A DNA stretch of 64,000 nt, from the IMG/VR virus record IMGVR_UViG_3300023203_000736; one strand, 5' to 3'. The notes under the pieces were generated by a model. The model was given only the letters and a program-made list of their open reading frames with translations. It did no database searches and was not told the origin of the DNA. Both the position numbers and the translations under genes were made by a program. Shown piece after piece: positions 17,960 through 26,142 of this stretch. This DNA is from a virus. Its lineage: Duplodnaviria; Heunggongvirae; Uroviricota; Caudoviricetes. The stretch's first letter is position 1, and the number at the start of each line of letters is the position of its first letter.

Positions 17960-18019
17960 TTGGGCAAACAGTTGCCGTGGGCGTCATCATTGCCAGATAA
18001 CCCACGCGCTTCGGCCCAA
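17960..18019 (-). ncRNA. Y-RNA-like stem-loop 4 (Ro-binding-type helix with bulged C), 25 nt upstream of the rsr ATG.
   Basis: Minus strand reads UUGGGC-C-GAAG...CGUGGG-loop(UUAUCUGGCAAUGAUGACG)-CCCACG...GUUU-GCCCAA. The lower helix TTGGGC/GCCCAA has a bulged C followed by GAA/UUU. Confidence 0.45.
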
Positions 18020-18026
18020 TGTTTTG

Positions 18027-18093
18027 CCGGGCAAAGAGCGCCGATCGGTGTTTGTCAACTAAAGGTGAGATAACCGATTCAGCTTCGGCCCGG
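18027..18093 (-). ncRNA. Y-RNA-like stem-loop 3.
   Basis: CCGGGC-C-GAAG-CUGA-AUCGG-loop(UUAUCUCACCUUUAGUUGACAAACA)-CCGAU-CGGCGCU-CUUU-GCCCGG. The helix has 11 bp with a single bulged C. GGGCCGAAG..GUUAUCUCA matches vertebrate Y RNA GGUCCGAAGG..GUUAUCUCA. Confidence 0.5.
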
Positions 18094-18095
18094 AG

Positions 18096-18226
18096 GCACG
18101 CCGGTAGGACTTGAACCTACGACCACAGGTTCCCATTGTGATAACGCTCCCAATTCGGCCCATCAGGCAAGGGACTTGGAAGCGGTTTTCTGATACCTGT
18201 GCTCTGACCAACTGAGCTACGGCGTA
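18096..18226 (-). ncRNA. tRNA-like / Y-RNA chimera A (YrlA-like).
   Basis: Acceptor TACGCCG/CGGCGTG, D-arm GCTC-AGTTGGTCA-GAGC and T-arm GTAGG-TTCAAGT-CCTAC are present. The anticodon position is occupied by a ~65-nt insert that contains UGGGCCGAAUUGGGAGCGUUAUC. Confidence 0.55.
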
Positions 18227-18235
18227 CATATAAGC

Positions 18236-18357
18236 GGACACCGGCGGGAGTCGAACCCGCAACACCCCGTTATCAGCGGATAACGCTTTGCCTTCGGCCC
18301 AAGGGGCAAGGGATGGAAAGCGCGTCTTAGGTGCTTTGCCGATTAAGCTACGGCGTC
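18236..18357 (-). ncRNA. tRNA-like / Y-RNA chimera B (YrlA-like).
   Basis: Acceptor GACGCCG/CGGTGTC, D-arm GCTT-AATCGGCA-AAGC and T-arm GCGGG-TTCGACT-CCCGC are present. The insert CUUUCCAUCCCUUGCCCCUUGGGCCGAAGGCAAAGCGUUAUC has 17 of 23 nt identical to the hY1 motif UGGUCCGAAGGUAGUGAGUUAUC. Confidence 0.55.
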
Positions 18358-18370
18358 CACAATCGTCCCT

Positions 18371-18408
18371 CCTTTGGATGACGTAGCTCAATTCGCTTTC
18401 CGTTCAAC
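18371..18408 (-). promoter_or_regulatory. Conserved 38-nt element R1. It starts at the ParB-like stop codon and lies immediately 5' of Y-RNA chimera B.
   Basis: Minus strand: TGAACGGAAAGCGAATTGAGCTACGTCATCCAAAGGAGG. It is nearly identical to R2 at 24421-24458. Confidence 0.4.
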
Positions 18409-19204
18409 TTTTGTCCCGTTTTGCCGATTCGATGTCGTGATCGAGTTCTTCGTCGTTGATATATCCCGCACACCACGCTCCAAACCGCGTAACCAGTCCG
18501 CCCAGACCGGCTTCGAGCAATTGCCCGATGCGGGCATTGATCTCTTCCTTGCCGCGCCGATAGCGAAATGTCCTCCGATACCTGGGATTGACGTTGATCT
18601 TACGCTTGTTCTTGCCGCGAGCCGCGATGATCTCGTTCGCGGCTTGAATCTGCTCATCAGGCGGCAGCTTCACCAAGGCGTCAACGTCGAGCAGCGTCAG
18701 CATACGAGCGGCGACCTTCTCGCGGAGTTCCTCGGGAAGCTCCATGATCCGAAGCCGCTGATGTACCCAACGTGTATCCCGATTCATTTCCTGGGCAATC
18801 GCCCGAAGACTTGCACCCTTCGGAAACCGCCTGGCGATTGCCTGTGCCTGTTCAAGAGGATTGAGGTCTTCGCGTTCCAGGTTCTCCGTGAGGTTCAGAA
18901 TCTCGGCCGCCCGATCGGTGAGGCCCCGCCGGATGTTCGCCGGAATGCCGGTCCATCTCAGAAACGTCTTGACCGCCGCCAGACGACGGAAACCCGCAAC
19001 CAAGCGATACGGCTCCACAAAGCCGGCTTGGCTGTCCTCGCGCTGTTGAAGAATCACCGGAATTTCAAGTCCCGCCTGCGCGATATTGTCCGCTAGCCCC
19101 TTGACGGACTGAAATGTAAACGCAGTGCGGCAGTTGAAGTCGGGATCAACCCAGATGTCGGTGAGCGGAACGTCGTACACGTCATAGCGACTAAGGCGTT
19201 CCAT
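18404..19204 (-). CDS. ParB-like nuclease-domain protein.
   Basis: LVAGFRRLAAV is the GxRR ParB-box. Start is taken at MERLSRYDVY (19204), because the longer ORF runs over tRNA-Asn. Confidence 0.65.
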   Translation of the reverse strand: MERLSRYDVYDVPLTDIWVDPDFNCRTAFTFQSVKGLADNIAQAGLEIPVILQQREDSQAGFVEPYRLVAGFRRLAAVKTFLRWTGIPANIRRGLTDRAAEILNLTENLEREDLNPLEQAQAIARRFPKGASLRAIAQEMNRDTRWVHQRLRIMELPEELREKVAARMLTLLDVDALVKLPPDEQIQAANEIIAARGKNKRKINVNPRYRRTFRYRRGKEEINARIGQLLEAGLGGLVTRFGAWCAGYINDEELDHDIESAKRDKS

Positions 19205-19252
19205 AGATGCCTCGGTAGACGAAAAACGGCCCGACCGAAGCCGGGCCAAAAG

Positions 19253-19325
19253 CTGCATCGCCTGGAGTCGAACCAGGAACCACAGCATTAACAGTGCCGC
19301 GCTCTACCATTTGAGCTACGATGCA
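19253..19325 (-). tRNA. tRNA-Asn (anticodon GTT).
   Basis: TGCATCG-TA-GCTC-AAATGGTA-GAGC-G-CGGCA-CTGTTAA-TGCTG-TGGTT-CCTGG-TTCGACT-CCAGG-CGATGCA-G. All arms are canonical. Confidence 0.85.
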
Positions 19326-19331
19326 ATGGGG

Positions 19332-19673
19332 CTAACTCAGGGTGTCGGTAACGAGCGAATCAAGCGGCACTCCCGTCGAGACCACGCATTCCCTGCGCGG
19401 AAAGGGGATGATGTATTCGCGGTCCTCCGGTTCCTCACCAGGACCAGGGGCCGTCAGGGCTTTGACGCCCTCTTTGCCGACCGGCTCATACGTCTCGCGG
19501 AAGACGTCGTCCCTGCAAGGGTAGAGTTCGTCCTTGACGCCCTGGACAATCCAATCGCCAGGCTCAGCGATCAAGTCATGGCCGTGGAGCGTCTGGCTTC
19601 CTGGGATCACGACCCGTTGCATGACGCGCTCGGCATTGACAACCACTGGTTTCTTGCGGAAGGCAGCAGGCAT
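19332..19673 (-). CDS. Hypothetical protein.
   Basis: Start MPAAFRKKPVVVNAERV. It ends 7 nt from tRNA-Asn. Confidence 0.4.
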   Translation of the reverse strand: MPAAFRKKPVVVNAERVMQRVVIPGSQTLHGHDLIAEPGDWIVQGVKDELYPCRDDVFRETYEPVGKEGVKALTAPGPGEEPEDREYIIPFPRRECVVSTGVPLDSLVTDTLS

Positions 19674-19814
19674 CACGATCCTCCAGAGAACCCGGCCGGG
19701 GCCGGACGATCCGACAGGTCCGGCCGGGAGCAAATGGCAGCGGGTCCGGGCGAAATCTGAGGCCAATCAACCTCTAGCTTGCTGGCTACGTTCGCCTCTT
19801 CGCCGCTGCCTCGA

Positions 19815-21125
19815 TCATTTGAGTGGTCCAATATCCCGGCCGCCGTCAATGATGTAGCGCTGCGGCCCATTTTTTTCATTCTCGTGCCGCAGCTTCACGT
19901 TCAGCCGCCAGGTCAACCCATGCTTGGGGTTGACCCCGTGGAACCATTGGGCCGGCTCGCGGTAGCCTGACAGGCTGTTGTAGGCAAAGGCGTCTGTTCC
20001 CAGCCAACTGCCGTTCACGAGCAACTCACCGTCCACATCCGATAGCGTGCTCGCCGCGTGATGGTGCCCACAGCAGAAGTAACGGCACCGCTTGGCACCG
20101 GCCGCCGCGCCCAAGGCGATCAAGCCCTTCTGACGCCGGACCATGCCGTACCACGGGATTCCAAGGCTGCTGCGGCAGTCATCGCCGTGGCTGACGTTAA
20201 AGCCGACCCCATTGATATTGACGTTCGCCGACCAAGCGTCCGGGATCGTGAAGTACACGTTCTCCAGGCCACGGCAATGCAGCCGGGCGATCTCCCCGAC
20301 CAGGTAATCCCAGTTGTCATGGGCACCGAGGTAGTCCTTCTTTGGCGTCCGCCGGCCGTGGTTGCCCGCAAGATACAGGACGTTGACTTGCTCGAAGTGG
20401 GCCGCCAAGTCGCGGTACATCAGGGCGTGAAGCTGCCCGATCGCCAGGCAGTTCTTGAACTGGTTGCGGTAGTAGGACCGCTCGCAGGCCCGGTGGATTT
20501 CGCCGCTGGTGAAGTCGCCGTAGGCGAGCACCCAAAGTACGGGGAAATGAAACTTGGGCGTGAGGGTGTTCTGGGTCCATTCAACGACCGTGTTGACGTA
20601 TCGTTCGGCGCGAGCGCAGGAGATCGGGAAGTTGTATTCCTCCAAACCGCCGACTTCCTCGGGCCGAACCACGGCGTCGTGATGGCCGTCGCTCACGTGC
20701 ATGACGCAGTGCTCGACGATCTGCGCCTTGGGCCGTAATACGATCTGCGAAGGCAGGGCCTTGAAGGGCTTAATGCGCTGTTCCATCTCGGCGGTGATTG
20801 CCCGAAACAAGCCCTGCGTCTTGGCGCTGGCCTTGCTCTTGGCCCGCTCGCGGTTGCGTTCCTCGGTTAGATGGATGATCTCGGCTTCAAGCTCCAAGAT
20901 TCTCTTGTTGGTCGGGTCGTGCTCCTCCAGCTTCTTCCGCTGGCCGCCGGCCCTCCTCGGTACTGGCTCTCCGTTTGGCCACAGGACTTCCTTGTGAGCG
21001 CGTCCTGTGGCAATGTCACTGACCAGCGAACGGCTGACCTTATACTTCTTGGCAATCGCCGCCTGGGTCGTTTTGCCGGCGATGTCGGCCTTGATGCGCG
21101 TGGCCTTTTCACTGCTGATCTTCAT
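19815..21125 (-). CDS. HTH domain plus calcineurin-like metallophosphoesterase-domain protein.
   Basis: N-terminal TQAAIAKKYKVSRSLVSDIATGR is an HTH. Phosphoesterase signatures are HVSDGHHD, LAGNHG and CGHHH. Confidence 0.55.
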   Translation of the reverse strand: MKISSEKATRIKADIAGKTTQAAIAKKYKVSRSLVSDIATGRAHKEVLWPNGEPVPRRAGGQRKKLEEHDPTNKRILELEAEIIHLTEERNRERAKSKASAKTQGLFRAITAEMEQRIKPFKALPSQIVLRPKAQIVEHCVMHVSDGHHDAVVRPEEVGGLEEYNFPISCARAERYVNTVVEWTQNTLTPKFHFPVLWVLAYGDFTSGEIHRACERSYYRNQFKNCLAIGQLHALMYRDLAAHFEQVNVLYLAGNHGRRTPKKDYLGAHDNWDYLVGEIARLHCRGLENVYFTIPDAWSANVNINGVGFNVSHGDDCRSSLGIPWYGMVRRQKGLIALGAAAGAKRCRYFCCGHHHAASTLSDVDGELLVNGSWLGTDAFAYNSLSGYREPAQWFHGVNPKHGLTWRLNVKLRHENEKNGPQRYIIDGGRDIGPLK

Positions 21126-21139
21126 AGATACCTCTCCAG

Positions 21140-23146
21140 TCAGGCCACGAGTTCCTCGACGATCACTTCATCGTCACTGCCCTCCTCATCGAGAGCGTCC
21201 CGGAACTCACCGAGCGTCATCAATTCCAATTTGCGATTGGCCTGGATGACTTCCAGCACGCGGGCATCCGTCGGCAGATGAATAAGGTCCACGATGTCAC
21301 AGCCGAGGTTTTCATCCATTCCTTTGCGGTGGATGCGGTCTTCGGACTGTGCTCGATATTCCGGCTTGAAGCTGTTGCTCCAATACACGGCCATCCGCGC
21401 CTCGACCAGCGTGAGGCTCATTCCGCCTGATTCCGGGTGTGACGCGAAGGCAACGCGCTGATTGTCCCGATCGGACCAGAACTCCAGCGATTCTTCGCCG
21501 TTCTGAGTAATGACATTGCCCTCACGATCAGTGACCTCAAAGCCGCGTCCGTCGCAACGAAAGACCGACCATCCATCCTTCCGACAGATTGTGGCAACCC
21601 TGTCCACGCTGCCTGTGAACCCGGCGAACACCACGATGCGACCGTTCTCCTCGCATTCTTCGAGGAGCATTTTCAGCGCCTTTTCCTTCGGACAAGGAAC
21701 CTCGCGTGTGTAGCGTATGACTCTCGGAACCGTCTTCGTGCCCCCACAACGAGTGCAGGGCACCTTGCGTTTCTGGAGCTTTGCAGCGAACTCCTTGCTG
21801 AGCATGTCGATAGCGCTATAACTGGCTTCCTCATCCGCCGGATCAAACCACTCTTCGATCTCACCGCAACTGTTGGGGCAATGCGGGCAAGGGACTTCGC
21901 CATCCTCCCGGTCCTGGTACTGAAATCCATCGCTCAACTCTCGAAGCAGAGTCAAACCAGTAATCGTGTTCGGAGCGCCGTCCATGATCGCTTGCGCCAC
22001 CCGAAGCACGCTGGGATTCGGCTTACAGATGATCTTTCGATACCGTTTGTCCGGCAGGGTCAGGCAGTCCTTCTTGTGCTTGATGACTACCAAGCCTTTG
22101 AGCCGCTCGTGCATGTAGGCGACTTCGTTGACGCTTGCCTCGAAGGCATGGACCTCGCCAGGATCAAGGATGCCATCAAACTCATGCGGCCCTTCCTTCT
22201 CGAATAGGCCGCAATGCCTGCATTTCCGCTGGTCGTCCTTCCAGCCAATGCGCTTGGGGAACATGCCGGCATCGTATTGGTGCATCACGACAAAGGCGCA
22301 TCGTTGCTCCAGCGCCTTCCTGCTGCCTTCGCGCAGAAAGCCCGGCCAGGCGATTTCGCACTGACTCCACCAATCAAGAGGCGATTTCGGCGAAGGGGTG
22401 CCGCTCATCTCGATCGCGTAGCCGTCAAAGCTGAACTTCTCCCGGATGAAGTCAGCCAACCGCTGGGCGGCCTGCGTTCGCTGACTCGTATCGCCCTTGA
22501 GCCGGCTGGACTCGTCGAAGATCACGCCCTGGGGAAGCTCGTTCTCGGCATTCCACTGGTCCATCCGCCGAGTGAGTTCTTCGTAGGTGATGAACTCGAT
22601 GCGGATAGGTCCAGAGAAGTCGAAGCCCCACTTGGCGAACTCGCGCCTGATGTTGGGAATCGAACTCTTGGGTCCAACCCACCACCAGTAGAGCACGCCG
22701 CTCTTCTCGATCACCTTCTGGGCCGCCAGGGTCTTGCCCGTTCCCATCTCGGCCGCCCAGAGTTGGTAGTGATAAGTGAGGCCGCTGTCCGCCAGATCGC
22801 ATTGATGTGGCATCAGGGCCGCGGGAACGCCGTTAAGCCGCGCACCGGAATAGTCATGCCGGATCGGATCGCGGTCGAACCAAGCATAGACATCCTCGCC
22901 CATGAGGAACGCAAGCTGAAAGCGATTGCGAGGACAGTCTTCAACGGACCAGATTTTGCGTCCGTCCTCGTCCTCGTCGCGCCCGTGCCAGCGCGAGCCG
23001 CGCATGGCCTTGATCTCTTCCTTTAGCGAAAACGGCGACTTGAGGAACCAGATTCGGCCGTCCTTGTATTCCAAGGTGGCCGCCGAGCGGATGAGCTTGC
23101 CGCTCGAAGTCCGAGTTGTCAGCTTGCATTGAATGATGTCAGGCAT
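21140..23146 (-). CDS. SNF2-family (SF2) helicase with zinc-ribbon inserts.
   Basis: Motif I is AAEMGTGKTL. Motif II is VIFDESSRLK (DExx). A C-terminal helicase domain follows. Cys clusters are CPHCPNSCGE and CTRCGGTKT. Confidence 0.8.
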   Translation of the reverse strand: MPDIIQCKLTTRTSSGKLIRSAATLEYKDGRIWFLKSPFSLKEEIKAMRGSRWHGRDEDEDGRKIWSVEDCPRNRFQLAFLMGEDVYAWFDRDPIRHDYSGARLNGVPAALMPHQCDLADSGLTYHYQLWAAEMGTGKTLAAQKVIEKSGVLYWWWVGPKSSIPNIRREFAKWGFDFSGPIRIEFITYEELTRRMDQWNAENELPQGVIFDESSRLKGDTSQRTQAAQRLADFIREKFSFDGYAIEMSGTPSPKSPLDWWSQCEIAWPGFLREGSRKALEQRCAFVVMHQYDAGMFPKRIGWKDDQRKCRHCGLFEKEGPHEFDGILDPGEVHAFEASVNEVAYMHERLKGLVVIKHKKDCLTLPDKRYRKIICKPNPSVLRVAQAIMDGAPNTITGLTLLRELSDGFQYQDREDGEVPCPHCPNSCGEIEEWFDPADEEASYSAIDMLSKEFAAKLQKRKVPCTRCGGTKTVPRVIRYTREVPCPKEKALKMLLEECEENGRIVVFAGFTGSVDRVATICRKDGWSVFRCDGRGFEVTDREGNVITQNGEESLEFWSDRDNQRVAFASHPESGGMSLTLVEARMAVYWSNSFKPEYRAQSEDRIHRKGMDENLGCDIVDLIHLPTDARVLEVIQANRKLELMTLGEFRDALDEEGSDDEVIVEELVA

Positions 23147-23657
23147 GATATTCCAGCAAGAAACCGCTGCGGTCGGGAGCGGTCCTCCGCTCGAAGTTGT
23201 TCCATACGGAGGTCAACCCCGCCCGATCAAACAGCAGGAGGATTTTCGAGTAACAGGTTCGTACAGTGGGCGGCGTGACTTCGCTGGTTCCGGCGGCCAC
23301 GGCGTCTCGCCATTGGGCCAGGGTTCCGGTGAGAACGGCCAGATTGACATTGGGGGCCGTTGTCTCGGCTCGGACGAAAGACATGCCGGAGGTTCGCTCC
23401 AGGATGTCCAGCAGATCACGCTCGTCGGCGATCACAAGAACGCTGAACGAGACGTGGGACAACAGATTGGGAGTGATTGCGCCGTCTTCTTCCTTGAGTG
23501 CCGCCAGGCACGACAGGAATTTCTCGGCGTCCGCCAATTGGCGATGGCTGGCGTCGGCAGCACCGGCGATGTTGTAGCCCAAGGCATGATGCGTCAGGCT
23601 CAAAAGCGTGGTGAAGTCGATCACCGGCTGGGTGATGAGCACGGCTTCGACGGGCAT
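23139..23657 (-). CDS. Hypothetical protein.
   Basis: Start MPVEAVLITQPV. It overlaps the helicase start by 8 nt. Confidence 0.4.
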   Translation of the reverse strand: MPVEAVLITQPVIDFTTLLSLTHHALGYNIAGAADASHRQLADAEKFLSCLAALKEEDGAITPNLLSHVSFSVLVIADERDLLDILERTSGMSFVRAETTAPNVNLAVLTGTLAQWRDAVAAGTSEVTPPTVRTCYSKILLLFDRAGLTSVWNNFERRTAPDRSGFLLEYHA

Positions 23658-23658
23658 G

Positions 23659-24033
23659 TCAACACGCCTCCCAATCGTACTGCCAATCCCAGTCGTCGTC
23701 TGACGAATCGTCCATGTCGTCTGGGTCGGAGAGGCATGTGACCTCAACCTCTATCTGACTTTCGTATTCCGGTTGAAGGCGAGCCGACAGAGCCTCGTGG
23801 ATTGCGTCCCGACAATCGCCAGGATCAATTCCCCACCAATCCGCATCAACCTGAATCGCAAGCCGGCGGCCGTCGCTGCTTTCCTCAATGCCCTGAAACG
23901 CGACATCTACAACGCGCCCCTTATAGTCGAAGGCGTTATCCAAGGCTTCATGGATGACTTCCTTCCAAGAGGGGCGATTGCGCGGCCTCCATCGGCCCAG
24001 GTAAAGATAGATGTCACAAGCTACCCGACTCAC
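23659..24033 (-). CDS. Hypothetical acidic protein.
   Basis: 124-aa ORF with a D/E/W-rich C-terminus. Confidence 0.4.
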   Translation of the reverse strand: MSRVACDIYLYLGRWRPRNRPSWKEVIHEALDNAFDYKGRVVDVAFQGIEESSDGRRLAIQVDADWWGIDPGDCRDAIHEALSARLQPEYESQIEVEVTCLSDPDDMDDSSDDDWDWQYDWEAC

Positions 24034-24420
24034 GATATGATCTCCGTCTCAATTGCCATGCCGTTGGGCAGGCAAGAGAATGGCCGGTTACTGCGTGTTT
24101 CGCTGGCGTCGGTATAATCTCCGCTAGTCCACACGCCCTTGTTGAGATTCCCACCCTGGGCCGCCCACCACCGAAACATGAGGCAGCCACCCTCACCGAC
24201 CCTGCAAACCCGTCCATGATGTGCGTCCAACAGGAGAGGCGCGACGGGTATGTTCTGCAATCGCCGCCGCAAGGACGGCGAAAGAACCCTGTCCACGCAT
24301 GGTGGACGGATCAAGAGATGCTCCACCCGCCGGGATTCTTTACGGAGCGGTCACACCTAGCCCGGCGGCACACCGCTTCTCAGGTGGAGCGTGCAATCGC
24401 TGATTCGCCAGGCCGTCTCC

Positions 24421-24458
24421 CCTTTGGATGACGTAGCTCGACGCGATTTCCGTTCAAC
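24421..24458 (-). promoter_or_regulatory. Conserved 38-nt element R2, starting at the stop codon of gene 24454-25197.
   Basis: Minus strand: TGAACGGAAATCGCGTCGAGCTACGTCATCCAAAGGGGAG. It matches R1 at 33 of 38 positions. Confidence 0.4.
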
Positions 24459-25197
24459 GAGCGCGCGATTTCGTGCTCGCATCCTCCTTGACCGTCTCGA
24501 CTTCGGAAGCGCCCGGATGGGTGAACTTCTCGATCTCCTCGGCGATCACGGCGACAGCCGGCAGGTTCGTGAACGGCACGGAGCAGGACTGCACGTCCGG
24601 CACATGCCACGAGTGGCCGCGCTTGTTCTTGGCCAGTCGGACCTTGAGGGTGCAGGGCATGGGACCGTGGGGCTGCATCTTGCTCACGTCCGAGCCGGCG
24701 GCCTTCTTGGCGTCGATCTGGGCCTGGCTCAAGGGCAGAAAGACCGCGATGTCGCCCGCGATCGGACGGGTGCTCTTGGAGCCGCAGAAGAACTCCAGGA
24801 AGCGGCCCGAGGATCGCTCGAACACAAGGAAGCTCGTCCCGTACATGCAGCCGGAGTCGCTCTCCTGGCTGCGGGCCGCGATGTCCTTGAAGTCGTCTCT
24901 GGTCGGGTCATAGTTGGCGATGATGGCTTCCTTGTCGCTCATGTCGAGTGCCTTGAGCCGGCGGGCCAAGGGAAGCACGTCGATCGAGGGACCGAGCTTG
25001 ACGATCTTCTTGTCCGACTCGGGAATCCCATAGGTGCCGGGAGGAATCAGACCTTCATTGATCGCGTTGCCCTTGGAGAACAACTGGAGGCGACCGAGGA
25101 AGCCGGAGCTTCTCGACATTTCCTCGAACTGCTCGTCGGAGCCAAGCTGGGTGGAGGGAAGCTGGTTGAGATCGACAGGGACTAGAGTGGTACTCAT
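24454..25197 (-). CDS. Hypothetical protein.
   Basis: 247-aa ORF with no recognisable motif. Confidence 0.45.
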   Translation of the reverse strand: MSTTLVPVDLNQLPSTQLGSDEQFEEMSRSSGFLGRLQLFSKGNAINEGLIPPGTYGIPESDKKIVKLGPSIDVLPLARRLKALDMSDKEAIIANYDPTRDDFKDIAARSQESDSGCMYGTSFLVFERSSGRFLEFFCGSKSTRPIAGDIAVFLPLSQAQIDAKKAAGSDVSKMQPHGPMPCTLKVRLAKNKRGHSWHVPDVQSCSVPFTNLPAVAVIAEEIEKFTHPGASEVETVKEDASTKSRAR

Positions 25198-25242
25198 TGA
25201 AAACTCAGGGATTGGGTTGGTGAAAGTTGGAACGGAAAAGAA

Positions 25243-26121
25243 CTAACTCGAATCTATGGGCGCATCCAGAACCTCTCTTTCTCTGCGGGCACGCACCCCA
25301 GCTTCCTGTTGCCGCACGCTGGCTTTGTCGAGATGGCAGGCCCACCGCAGGCCGGCGTAGAAGCCATCGAGCACGTTCAGGCAATCCTCGGCCGCGCAGA
25401 TCAGTGCTCCGACTTCCTTCTTTTCAATCTCGTGTACGATCTCTTTGACGTGATGAAGATGGGCCTCGGGTCGGAACTCGTCCGAATAGAAGGCGTCCAT
25501 CTTGCCCTGCTTGACCGCCTCCCGGAACTGCTTGACGCACGCCGCCGCCAACGGCTTGAATTCCCTGGCGGGCATGACCTTGGCCCGATCCACGTAGTCC
25601 TTTTGCATGGACCGTGGAATCGTGGCCAACTTGTAAGCGTTCTCAATGGGAATCTCGCCCCGATCGACCATCACCTGAATCTCTTTCAGCAGGTTGGTCA
25701 GATCGAGGCACTTCCCGACCCAGCGAGGCTGCTTGCGGATGAGACAAGCCAACTCGCCTTGGGTCATGCCGGGATTGCGCACCAGCAGCCTCTTGAGTTG
25801 CTGGGCATACTCGGCCTGCTTCGTTTCCGGCGAGATCGCGTTCGCCTGAAGCATCAGGACAAGAGCTTCGTCATCGCTACACTCCCTGATGATGCAGGGC
25901 AGCGCGTCCCGGCCGACTTCGCGGGCGGCTGTGTAGCGCTGGAGGCCGTTGATGATCTCGTAGCCGCCTTCGACAGGCCGCACGAGAAGCGATTGCAGGA
26001 TGCCCTTTTCCCGGATGCTGTCTCGCAGTTCCAGGTACTCGACGCTATCCCGATTCACGCCTCGCAGTTTGATCTTGGGTTCTCGCAGGACGTGGATCGG
26101 GAGGAACTCGATCTGGTCCAT
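25243..26121 (-). CDS. ParB/Srx-like domain protein.
   Basis: EIINGLQRYTAAREVG is a ParB-box. Start is taken at MDQIEFLPIHVL (26121). The upstream extension is an artefact of the inverted repeat. Confidence 0.6.
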   Translation of the reverse strand: MDQIEFLPIHVLREPKIKLRGVNRDSVEYLELRDSIREKGILQSLLVRPVEGGYEIINGLQRYTAAREVGRDALPCIIRECSDDEALVLMLQANAISPETKQAEYAQQLKRLLVRNPGMTQGELACLIRKQPRWVGKCLDLTNLLKEIQVMVDRGEIPIENAYKLATIPRSMQKDYVDRAKVMPAREFKPLAAACVKQFREAVKQGKMDAFYSDEFRPEAHLHHVKEIVHEIEKKEVGALICAAEDCLNVLDGFYAGLRWACHLDKASVRQQEAGVRARREREVLDAPIDSS

Positions 26122-26142
26122 GCGACGACTCCCTTTTCCACA

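Noticed and set aside
18096-18357. Reading the two tRNA-like elements as ordinary tRNA genes interrupted by introns.
   Set aside because: The ~60-65-nt inserts are far too short for group I introns, and bacteria lack BHB-intron splicing. Both inserts carry the same Ro-binding-type motif. In element B no anticodon stem can be rebuilt after removing the insert. A YrlA-like tRNA/Y-RNA chimera explains all of this.
18059-19288. The ORF at 18059-18391 on the minus strand, and the N-terminal extension of the ParB-like ORF to 19288.
   Set aside because: The first lies wholly within the Y-RNA array. The second runs through tRNA-Asn. The ParB-like start is taken at 19204.
9878-19325. The two tRNA genes as integrase attachment (att) sites or as evidence of an integrated island boundary.
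   Set aside because: Both tRNAs are complete and lie inside phage operons with no adjacent integrase or direct-repeat duplication. They are more likely phage-encoded tRNAs.
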